A DNA stretch of 64,000 bases, from NCBI GenBank assembly GCA_964016885.1, contig OZ024742.1, positions 347,014,001 through 347,078,000 on the forward strand, read 5' to 3'. The DNA comes from Eledone cirrhosa (lineage: Eukaryota). The notes under the pieces are model-generated. The model did not search any database. It was not told where the DNA came from and was given only the letters and a program-made list of their open reading frames with translations. The first letter of the stretch is position 1. The number at the start of each line of letters is the position of its first letter. Position numbers and translations under genes: made by a program. Shown piece by piece: positions 35,701 through 47,600 of this stretch.

Positions 35701-37970
35701 TCAGGACTACATATCCAGTGCTTTTATCGAGAATGACACAGCTAGAGACTTATAGAATACTTAGCTGTGTACAGGAACTGGTTTGAAAGAGCGGTTGCCG
35801 GTCCGGCAGAAATTAGAAATTGGAATAAATGCTCTGAAATAGCGATATATATGTGAATATAGACATAGAATATTCGAAAACATTCTGTATGTTTATAATA
35901 AACATTTTGAAGACCTAATCGCTATAGAATAGAATACGTCACGTATTACAATTAGATTCTCGATAAAAGCAAGGGAAGTAATCTACGCGTTTCATTCTCG
36001 TTAGAAATCATCAGGACTACATATCCAGTGCTTTTATCGAGAATGACACAGCTAGAGACTTATAGAATACTTAGCTGTGTACAGGAACTGGTTTGAAAGA
36101 GCGGTTGCCGGTCCGGCAGAAATTAGAAATTGGAATAAATGCTCTGAAATAGCGATATATATGTGAATATAGACATAGAATATTCGAAAACATTCTGTAT
36201 GTTTATAATAAACATTTTGAAGACCTAATCGCTATAGAATAGAATACGTCACGTATTACAATTAGATTCTCGATAAAAGCAAGGGAAGTAATCTACGCGT
36301 TTCATTCTCGTTAGAAATCATCAGGACTACATATCCAGTGCTTTTATCGAGAATGACACAGCTAGAGACTTATAGAATACTTAGCTGTGTACAGGAACTG
36401 GTTTGAAAGAGCGGTTGCCGGTCCGGCAGAAATTAGAAATTGGAATAAATGCTCTGAAATAGCGATATATATGTGAATATAGACATAGAATATTCGAAAA
36501 CATTCTGTATGTTTATAATAAACATTTTGAAGACCTAATCGCTATAGAATAGAATACGTCACGTATTACAATTAGATTCTCGATAAAAGCAAGGGAAGTA
36601 ATCTACGCGTTTCATTCTCGTTAGAAATCATCAGGACTACATATCCAGTGCTTTTATCGAGAATGACACAGCTAGAGACTTATAGAATACTTAGCTGTGT
36701 ACAGGAACTGGTTTGAAAGAGCGGTTGCCGGTCCGGCAGAAATTAGAAATTGGAATAAATGCTCTGAAATAGCGATATATATGTGAATATAGACATAGAA
36801 TATTCGAAAACATTCTGTATGTTTATAATAAACATTTTGAAGACCTAATCGCTATAGAATAGAATACGTCACGTATTACAATTAGATTCTCGATAGAAGC
36901 AAGGGAAGTAATCTACGCGTTTCATTCTCGTTAGAAATCATCAGGACTACATATCCAGTGCTTTTATCGAGAATGACACAGCTAGAGACTTATAGAATAC
37001 TTAGCTGTGTACAGGAACTGGTTTGAAAGAGCGGTTGCCGGTCCGGCAGAAATTAGAAATTGGAATAAATGCTCTGAAATAGCGATATATATGTGAATAT
37101 AGACATAGAATATTCGAAAACATTCTGTATGTTTATAATAAACATTTTGAAGACCTAATCGCTATAGAATAGAATACGTCACGTATTACAATTAGATTCT
37201 CGATAAAAGCAAGGGAAGTAATCTACGCGTTTCATTCTCGTTAGAAATCATCAGGACTACATATCCAGTGCTTTTATCGAGAATGACACAGCTAGAGACT
37301 TATAGAATACTTAGCTGTGTACAGGAACTGGTTTGAAAGAGCGGTTGCCGGTCCGGCAGAAATTAGAAATTGGAATAAATGCTCTGAAATAGCGATATAT
37401 ATGTGAATATAGACATAGAATATTCGAAAACATTCTGTATGTTTATAATAAACATTTTGAAGACCTAATCGCTATAGAATAGAATACGTCACGTATTACA
37501 ATTAGATTCTCGATAAAAGCAAGGGAAGTAATCTACGCGTTTCATTCTCGTTAGAAATCATCAGGACTACATATCCAGTGCTTTTATCGAGAATGACACA
37601 GCTAGAGACTTATAGAATACTTAGCTGTGTACAGGAACTGGTTTGAAAGAGCGGTTGCCGGTCCGGCAGAAATTAGAAATTGGAATAAATGCTCTGAAAT
37701 AGCGATATATATGTGAATATAGACATAGAATATTCGAAAACATTCTGTATGTTTATAATAAACATTTTGAAGACCTAATCGCTATAGAATAGAATACGTC
37801 ACGTATTACAATTAGATTCTCGATAAAAGCAAGGGAAGTAATCTACGCGTTTCATTCTCGTTAGAAATCATCAGGACTACATATCCAGTGCTTTTATCGA
37901 GAATGACACAGCTAGAGACTTATAGAATACTTAGCTGTGTACAGGAACTGGTTTGAAAGAGCGGTTGCCG
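32721..37970 (-). repeat. 310-bp tandem array (16 full + one 290-bp copy), hammerhead on minus strand in each unit
   Basis: TGGAATAAATGCTCTG recurs exactly every 310 bp from 32721 to 37681; only one substitution noticed (36896). Confidence 0.97.
32856..32944 (-). ncRNA. Type I hammerhead ribozyme, first unit (repeats every 310 bp)
   Basis: GUAGUC-CUGAUGA-u UUCU aacg AGAA u-GAAA-C gc G UA/GAUUAC, with distal stem I AUUCUCGAUAAAAGCA/UGCUUUUAUCGAGAAU. Confidence 0.8.
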
Positions 37971-37985
37971 TATAAACGGTTGCTG

Positions 37986-39266
37986 TATAAACATACAGAA
38001 TGTTTTCGAATATTCTATGTCTATATTCACATATATATCGCTATTTCAGAGCATTTATTCCAATTTCTAATTTCTGCCGGACCGGCAACCGCTCTTTCAA
38101 ACCAGTTCCTGTACACAGCTAAGTATTCTATAAGTCTCTAGCTGTGTCATTCTCGATAAAAGCACTGGATATGTAGTCCTGATGATTTCTAACGAGAATG
38201 AAACGCGTAGATTACTTCCCTTGCTTTTATCGAGAATCTAATTGTAATACGTGACGTATTCTATTCTATAGCGATTAGGTCTTCAAAATGTTTATTATAA
38301 ACATACAGAATGTTTTCGAATATTCTATGTCTATATTCACATATATATCGCTATTTCAGAGCATTTATTCCAATTTCTAATTTCTGCCGGACCGGCAACC
38401 GCTCTTTCAAACCAGTTCCTGTACACAGCTAAGTATTCTATAAGTCTCTAGCTGTGTCATTCTCGATAAAAGCACTGGATATGTAGTCCTGATGATTTCT
38501 AACGAGAATGAAACGCGTAGATTACTTCCCTTGCTTTTATCGAGAATCTAATTGTAATACGTGACGTATTCTATTCTATAGCGATTAGGTCTTCAAAATG
38601 TTTATTATAAACATACAGAATGTTTTCGAATATTCTATGTCTATATTCACATATATATCGCTATTTCAGAGCATTTATTCCAATTTCTAATTTCTGCCGG
38701 ACCGGCAACCGCTCTTTCAAACCAGTTCCTGTACACAGCTAAGTATTCTATAAGTCTCTAGCTGTGTCATTCTCGATAAAAGCACTGGATATGTAGTCCT
38801 GATGATTTCTAACGAGAATGAAACGCGTAGATTACTTCCCTTGCTTTTATCGAGAATCTAATTGTAATACGTGACGTATTCTATTCTATAGCGATTAGGT
38901 CTTCAAAATGTTTATTATAAACATACAGAATGTTTTCGAATATTCTATGTCTATATTCACATATATATCGCTATTTCAGAGCATTTATTCCAATTTCTAA
39001 TTTCTGCCGGACCGGCAACCGCTCTTTCAAACCAGTTCCTGTACACAGCTAAGTATTCTATAAGTCTCTAGCTGTGTCATTCTCGATAAAAGCACTGGAT
39101 ATGTAGTCCTGATGATTTCTAACGAGAATGAAACGCGTAGATTACTTCCCTTGCTTTTATCGAGAATCTAATTGTAATACGTGACGTATTCTATTCTATA
39201 GCGATTAGGTCTTCAAAATGTTTATTATAAACATACAGAATGTTTTCGAATATTCTATGTCTATAT
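37986..39266 (+). repeat. Inverted continuation of the 310-bp array (~4.1 copies)
   Basis: Reverse complement of the same unit, period 310, ending in (TA)n. Confidence 0.97.
38149..38237 (+). ncRNA. Type I hammerhead ribozyme on + strand (also starting 38459, 38769, 39079)
   Basis: CTGATGA at 38179-38185, GAAA at 38200-38203, predicted cleavage after GTA at 38209. Confidence 0.8.
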
Positions 39267-39284
39267 ATATATATATATATATTT

Positions 39285-39421
<137 letters not shown>

Positions 39422-39565
39422 ATAGAGTTAAACAAGATTCAATGAGTACATCAAAGAATGGGTTTTACAGTAGATTAAAAGCACTCTACAAAAAGATATT
39501 TTCCAGAGTTATTAATATTAAATTCAAATATTAATAAAATAGATGTTCTTGTGATCAATTAAATG

Positions 39566-39625
39566 TTATTACACATATTTCAGAGGTACTTGAATCAAGT
39601 TTAATAGTACGTCCTCATCAGATAA
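39566..39625 (-). ncRNA. Degenerate type I hammerhead-like motif
   Basis: Minus strand: TTAT-CTGATGA-GGACGTACT..AGTACCTCT-GAAA-TATGTG-TA/ATAA. Confidence 0.45.
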
Positions 39626-40309
39626 AATAAAATGATACATGACATACCCTGACATGTTAAATGGTTAAGATTTAATCAAGGTAGTGATTAACTTGTGAGA
39701 AAACACAATATTTATACCGTACAAATGAGAACATGGGAAAACGTAATAGAATCAATAGAGAGGGTGTGAGTAAGAAAAGGATTGCTTTAATGTAACAGTT
39801 ATAGAGTTATTAATGTTTGAAATACTACTGTAGGACTATAGAGGAAAACTATAGATATCTGGAGTTATATTAGTTTTTAGTTTGAGAATGCAGCTGATAT
39901 ATAATTAAAGAGAGAGGGATAAAGGGGAGTAATCTATGCACAAATAACCTTGGCGGTTAAGTTTCAAAATATTTAATTTATGTTATTTTAGGGTAACGAA
40001 TCAAAATTATAGGTTTTAAAAGTTGAGGGTTATTTGTATTATAAATTTTATAAATTTATAAATGTGTTAAATTTCTAAAATTCAAAGTTTTATGAAATCG
40101 AATTTAAAGGATTTACTAGGCCCGCGAAATAAAAATATATACTGTTCAATATTCACGCAAAGGTAATCTTTAAAGATATTACTTGTAATATTATCAACAA
40201 TATCCATATGTATAGTTTATGAAGTATTTACAGTTATAATTATCAAGGAATTTATTGTTAAATAGTTATAGTGCCTAAAGTATAACAATTAAACCAAAGT
40301 TTTCAGCAG

Positions 40310-40349
<40 letters not shown>

Positions 40350-40540
40350 CATTGATCTTAATAAGGGGACTATAAATTATTATTTTTATTATCTATTGAT
40401 ATATTAAATATTAGATCATTACATTAATTCAGCCTTCTAGGGAAGAACCGAACTCTAATTATGATTATGTCAATATACAATAAATATATATATATTTGGA
40501 CAAACTATACATAGAACTAACATTAAGATTGTATTATTGT

Positions 40541-40720
40541 TGGCAGTATCGGTAGAGGGTCGGACGCCATGCTTTCCAGCATAGTTACGTCCCTTTACGA
40601 TCTGAGTTCAAATCCCGCTGAGGTTGACTTTGCTTTTCCTCCTTACGGGGTCGATAAAATAAAGTACCAGTAATGCACTGGGTAATTGCTGGCCTTGTGC
40701 CTAAAGTAGAAACAATTATT
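40541..40720 (+). mobile_element. Degenerate tRNA-derived SINE (Meta-domain-like)
   Basis: TGGCAGTATCGG A-box remnant, GAGTTCAAATCC B box, GGGGTCGATAAAATAAAGTACCAG core. Confidence 0.7.
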
Positions 40721-42139
40721 GTACATTATAAACGTATTTGCACAAAACTATATACAGAGGTCTACCGAACTATATTTATGACTATGTTATTATATAATAT
40801 AAACATATTTGCACCAACTAGATATAGAGAGATATACTAAGTATTAATGAAACAGTATACATTTAGTAAAGGAAAACGGTTATAATCTTAGGTAATAGAT
40901 TCATACATGCATAACTATAAAATACATAGATATATAAAAATGTAAACACATTTCCACAGTTCAAAATAAAGTCAGTAAAAATTTACAGGTTAGATATCAA
41001 AGCTATACTTAAAACAGAGATAGAAAAATAAATGTCTGGATCAAAGTTAATAATATCCAAAAAGCCATAGGTTATGTACATCAACTTGCCATCTTGTTCT
41101 TAAACAAGTGTCATTCATTCAAACGTTGTTTCCATTGTAAATGATTAGAAGATAAAGCATTATTAATGTTTTATAAGTCATTATGACTTATAATTTCAAC
41201 AATTGATGATGTACGTCTAAAACCCGGGCTTGGTTGGTTATTGTTTTTTCCTGACCTTATGCGAGGCTTGGAATGTAGACAAAGCTTTATGAAGGCAGTT
41301 TGAGAATAATTCACTTTTTTTGTTAATTAAGTTTTCATAATTATTGATTATCAATAGGGTCTCCATTGTACAAAGAGCGAAGTATAAGGAAAAGAAATCG
41401 AAAATGCAGCTGGAGTCTTTCTAAGAATATTTATTTGTTTCATTTACCGGTTTCACAATTCTTATGCTTTTCAAAAGTAGAATTGAGATGGAGGGTTTGT
41501 GGTTTGTCTCGCATCTGTGAAACAAACCACAAACCTTCCATCTCAATTTTACTTATATATACTTATATATATATGATGGCTGCAACTCGATTTCGAGTAA
41601 TGCCATACTTAAGCATGACTTCCTAGTCCTGCTAGGGACTTGCCTATGACCAACAATACTATGCATCGCAAAAATTGTCACATACCAAACGATGCCTGTG
41701 CTTGAAGCTTTTTTAAGTGAGGAAAGGCTTTGCACGGGGCCAATCCCACTCTCTGAACATCGAATACTTTTTCTCAAAAAGTAGAACTGGTCTACATCAT
41801 TGGATGCAAATGAAGTCGCGGGTTTTATATCAGAGTGACCTCCTCCTAAAGAGATGTCTTAATCAAGACTAGGAGTCTCTCGCTCCACTAAAAAATACTT
41901 TATTGGATGGCGGTTGACTCCCTTGAGTTCCTCCGCCCTTTGACAGGTTTTATTTTTCATCCCGCAGGGTGTCCAAAATCACCGTCCTCACCAAGCAACT
42001 TGGTAGGGTTGCGGGTTTAGTCACCGCCGACCCGATCATGCATATATATATATATATATATATAACTTTGATAGGTTTCGGCCAGTGTTGGCCCAGGCCA
42101 TGTCTAACTTAATAGCACCACCTGACGAAGTCTTTCAAA

Positions 42140-42590
42140 TCAGGATTTGGACACCATGGCCCACTCAAGTAGAGAGTTATTGTTTACGAAGGCATATCCT
42201 GGTGTAGGAGGTTTATCCGGGATTTCTTGAAGGAATTTTATGGGATTTGTTTCTGTTTTAATGTGTTTTGGTGTAATGTTAGAGAGAGCGGGACCAATTG
42301 AGGTGAAATGATTGTGTCGTATTGTTGTTATGAGATGCGAGTTTGATTTTTGTTGTGGGTGGATAGCACGGGGCCCAAGCCTTGAGTGTACACTAAAGGT
42401 GATGCCAACATTATTTGGGCTAAGCTGATGGAATATTTTCCACATCATACAGATAATATAGCGTTCACGGCGGCGTTGGAGAGAATAGGATTTGAGCTTT
42501 TCTAGTCGACCCCAATTGTCAAGACGACTGTCTTGCCGTCTATCCTTCTTGTGATTGACCTTTGAGGTGCTTCAATCTTCATAATACGTT
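42140..42590 (-). pseudogene. 3' fragment of CR1/L2-type LINE ORF2
   Basis: Minus-strand KIEAPQRSITRRIDG .. YSLQRRRERYIICMMWKI motifs, frameshifted. Confidence 0.7.
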
Positions 42591-42768
42591 GTATGTATGT
42601 ATATGTGTATGTATGTATGCATGTATGCATGTATGTATGCATGCATGTGTGTATATGTATGTATACATACACATACCCAAACATACATATATGTCTAATA
42701 AATATACATATATATATATATATGTATGTGTACATGTATATGTGTGTGTGTGTATGTGTGTGTGTGTA

Positions 42769-42836
<68 letters not shown>

Positions 42837-42859
42837 TGTGTGTGTGTGTGTGTGTATGC

Positions 42860-42910
<51 letters not shown>
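42590..42910. repeat. Compound (TATG)n/(TG)n microsatellite
   Basis: Direct reading. Confidence 0.95.
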
Positions 42911-44135
42911 GTATATATGGGCGAGTCTGTATTCATATATACATTTTTGTGCTGGGGGCTTTATTGCTGGTATATTTGAATAGTTTTGTTTCAAAAACTT
43001 TGCTAACTGTAAACTATATAAGTATATATATATGTGTGTATAAGTATATATGTGTGTATAAGTATATATGTGTCTGCATGTATCTACGTTTGTGTGTGTG
43101 TACAATAATTATATGGATATTTTGCAGTTATATAAAAAAAAAAGATAGTTTTTGTGCAAAGCAATTAGCGAGGAGGTTCAACAAAACTAAAAGATGATCA
43201 AATTTAGAGCAATAATATATTTCACAGTTTTACTGAGCACTTTCGCTAATGGCTTTGTACAGAAAAAATATCTTCATTATAAACTATGCTAGTGAACCCG
43301 TACCGTCAATAATGACGGTTGTTGCGTTGGATGTTTGTATTTCTGCGACTTCGAGTATGCCATATATACATACCACTGATGCTCTGCTCTTTCCCCACCA
43401 CAAAGGACCTGTGACAGACAGGCTGAAGCACACACACACCACATTCCCCACCACACACACAAACACACGCGTGTGTGTGTATTTTTTTTATATATACACT
43501 CTCACACTACACACACTCTCTAAAACCATATTCCAAAAATAGAATTTCTTTTACAACCCTACTGTTGCCAATCCCATAGAATTTGTCTCTAGCTTACAAT
43601 CCCCCCCTCCCCCGTCGCCACCCCCATCTGAACTCTTGACCTGTCCATTAACACATATATTTACAGAATATTTCCTTTGTTCTTAAAAACAATTTTGTTC
43701 TGTGAAGAGACACACCTACCACTACCGCTGCTGTAACTACCATGACTACACCCCACCTCACCTCTCTATACACAAGAGTTCGTTCTCCAGTCTCCTTCTC
43801 AACAAGGAGAGGAAAAACTTACCTCAACACTAAATTTTAAATCTTTAATTTTTAGATTTTAATTCTTATTAATTCTTTTTAATTGTAATACTCAACATTT
43901 GATAAGAGATTTTTACTAATACATCGAAACCGGTTATACTTTATATACTTTATATACTTTATATACATTATAACACTCTTTTTTTTTAAGAATTGTCTCT
44001 CTCATTTTTTCAATAATGTCACTTTTTCGAATCAAAGAAAGGGAAAAATAAGAAAAACAGACCCTAAAATATATTTTCCATGCTATTTCCAACTTCACCT
44101 TTTCTGTATAACCACTGTTTACTTCCCTTTTCTAA

Positions 44136-44232
<97 letters not shown>

Positions 44233-44243
44233 GTGCGCGTGTG
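44136..44243. repeat. (TG)n microsatellite
   Basis: Direct reading. Confidence 0.95.
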
Positions 44244-44659
44244 TTAGGAATATATCAAGAAGAAAGTGTTGTCGATAGCCTCTCGTCGATACTAACTTGC
44301 TTTCCAGAGTTGGTCTGTTGTACGGCAGCTGCTAGGGTGGCGGGTGGTGAAATTCCTTCCTTGCCATATGGTGTGAGGAGTCTGGGTAAAGGAAGGTATC
44401 TTTATTTGCTTCCACCTCATAAAAACAGATGATGGCTCTTTCTAAAGTGAAGGATGTAATGAAGCAGGCTCAAGTAACAATCAACATTTAGATGACCAAT
44501 ATCAAACTTAATGGTATCGTGCATGTCATGTATGGACCTGTAGTTCATGAGGGAGTCGTGGGGACACCGTACTGAGTTACAGCGTTTCTAGGGCATTTTT
44601 AAACCTTGCGGAATCCATCTCCTCTCTAGGTCTGAACACAGCAGAATTCTTCCGGAGAA

Positions 44660-47600
44660 GGATAGAGAGAGTGAGGGAATAGAAGTGGGAAAGAGATAGA
44701 GAGAGTGAGAGGGAATAGAAGTGGGAAAGAGATAGAGAGAGTGAGAGAATAGAAGTGGGAAAGAGATAGAGAGAGTGAGAGAATAGAAGTGGGAAAGAGA
44801 TAGAGAGAGTGAGGGAATAGAAGTGGGAAAGAGATAGAGAGAGTGAGGGAATAGAAGTGGGAAAGAGATAGAGAGAGTGAGGGAATAGAAGTGGGAAAGA
44901 GATAGAGAGAGTGAGGGAATGGAAGTGGGAAAGAAATAGAGAGAGTGAGGGAATAGAAGTGGGAAAGAAATAGAGAGAGTGAGGGAATAGAAGTGGGAAA
45001 GAAATAGAGAGAGTGAGGGAATAGAAGTGGGAAAGAAATAGAGAGAGTGAGGGAATAGAAGTGGGAAAGAGATAGAGAGAGTGAGGGAATGGAAGAGGGA
45101 AAGAGATAGAGAGAGTGAGGGAATAGAAGTGGGAAAGAGATGAGAGAGTGAGAGGGAATAGAAGTGGGAGAGAGATAGAGAGAGTGAGAGGGAATGGAAG
45201 TGGGAAAGAGATAGAGAGAGTGAGGGAATGGAAGAGGGAAAGAGATAGAGAGAGTGAGAGAATAGAAGTGGGAAAGAGATAGAGAGAGTGAGAGGGAATA
45301 GAAGTGGGAAAGAGATAGAGAGAGTGAGGGAATGGAAGTGGGAAAGAGATAGAGAGAGTGAGAGAATAGAAGTGGGAAAGAGATAGAGAGAGTGAGGGAA
45401 TGGAAGTGGGAAAGAGATAGAGAGAGTGAGAGAATAGAAGTGGGAGAGAGATAGAGAGAGTGAGAGGGAATGGAAGTGGGAAAGAAATAGAGAGAGTGAG
45501 GGAATAGAAGTGGGAAAGAGATAGAGAGAGTGAGGGAATAGAAGTGGGAAAGAGATAGACAGAGTGAGGGAATGGAAGTGGGAAAGAGATAGAGAGAGTG
45601 AGAGGGAATAGAAGTGGGAAAGAGATAGAGAGAGTGAGAGAATAGAAGTGGGAAAGAGATAGAGAGAGTGAGGGAATGGAAGTGGGAAAGAGATAGAGAG
45701 AGTGAGAGAATAGAAGTGGGAAAGAGATGAGAGAGTGAGAGGGAATAGAAGTGGGAGAGAGATAGAGAGAGTGAGAGGGAATGGAAGTGGGAAAGAGATA
45801 GACAGAGTGAGGGAATGGAAGTGGGAAAGAGATAGAGAGAGTGAGAGGGAATAGAAGTGGGAAAGAGATAGAGAGAGTGAGAGAATAGAAGTGGGAAAGA
45901 GATAGAGAGAGTGAGGGAATGGAAGTGGGAAAGAGATAGAGAGAGTGAGAGAATAGAAGTGGGAGAGAGATAGAGAGAGTGAGAGGGAATGGAAGTGGGA
46001 AAGAAATAGAGAGAGTGAGGGAATGGAAGTGGGAAAGAGATAGAGAGAGTGAGGGAATGGAAGTGGGAGAGAGATAGAGAGAGTGAGGGAATGGAAGAGG
46101 GAAAGAGATAGAGAGAGTGAGAGAGAATAGAAGTGGGAAAGAGATAGAGAGAGTGAGGGAATAGAAGTGGGAAAGAGATAGAGAGAGTGAGAGGGAATAG
46201 AAGTGGGAAAGAGATAGAGAGAGTGAGAGGGAATGGAAGTGGTAAAGAGATAGAGAGAGTGAGAGAATAGAAGTGGGAAAGAGATAGAGAGAGTGAGAGG
46301 GAATAGAAGTGGGAGAGAGATAGAGAGAGTGAGAGGGAATGGAAGTGGGAAAGAAATAGAGAGAGTGAGGGAATGGAAGTGGGAAAGAGATAGAGAGAGA
46401 GTGAGGGAATAGAAGTGGGAAAGAGATAGAGAGAGTGAGAGGGAATGGAAGTGGGAGAGAGATAGAGAGAGTGAGGGAATGGAAGTGGGAGAGAGATAGA
46501 GAGAGTGAGGGAATGGAAGAGGGAAAGAGATAGAGAGAGTGAGAGAGAATAGAAGTGGGAAAGAGATAGAGAGAGTGAGGGAATAGAAGTGGGAAAGAGA
46601 TAGAGAGAGTGAGAGGGAATAGAAGTGGGAAGAGATAGAGAGAGTGAGAGGGAATGGAAGTGGGAAAGAGATAGAGAGAGTGAGAGAATAGAAGTGGGAA
46701 AGAGATAGAGAGAGTGAGAGGGAATAGAAGTGGGAGAGAGATAGAGAGAGTGAGAGGGAATGGAAGTGGGAAAGAGATAGAGAGAGTGAGAGGGAATAGA
46801 AGTGGGAAAGAGATAGAGAGAGTGAGAGGGAATGGAAGTGGGAAAGAGATAGAGAGAATGAGAGGGAATGGAAGTGGAAAGAGATAGAGAGAGTGAGGGA
46901 ATGGAAGTGGGAAAGAGATAGAGAGAGTGAGAGAATAGAAGTGGGAAAGAGATAGAGAGAGTGAGAGAATAGAAGTGGGAAAGAGATAGAGAGAATGAGA
47001 GGGAATGGAAGTGGGAAAGAGATAGAGAGAGTGAGGGAATGGAAGTGGGAAAGAGATAGAGAGAGTGAGAGAATAGAAGTGGGAAAGAGATAGAGAGAGT
47101 GGGAGGGAATGGAAGTGGGAAAGAGATAGAGAGAGAGTGAGGGAATAGAAGTGGGAAAGAGATAGAGAGAGTGAGAGAATAGAAGTGGGAAAGAGATAGA
47201 GAGAATGAGAGGGAATGGAAGTGGGAAAGAGATAGAGAGAGAGTGAGGGAATAGAAGTGGGAAAGAGATAGTGAGAGTGAGGGAATAGAAGTGGGAAAGA
47301 GATAGAGAGAGTGAGAGGGAATAGAAGTGGGAAAGAGATAGAGAGAGTGAGGGAATGGAAGTGGGAAAGAGATAGAGAGAGTGAGAGGGATAGAAGTGGG
47401 AAAGAGATAGAGAGAGTGAGGGAATGGAAGTGGGAAAGAGATAGAGAGAGTGAGAGAATAGAAGTGGGAAAGAGATAGAGAGAGTGAGAGAATAGAAGTG
47501 GGAAAGAGATAGAGAGAGTGAGAGGGAATAGAAGTGGGAAAGAGATAGAGAGAGTGAGGGAATAGAAGTGGGAAAGAAATAGAGAGAGTGAGAGGGAATA

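Noticed and set aside
41575-42045. GC-richer segment possibly a LINE 5' UTR remnant
   Set aside because: No diagnostic motif or ORF that I can support without a database search.
43895-43945. TTGATAA...GAAACCGGTT as another hammerhead
   Set aside because: Core has two mismatches and no convincing stem I.
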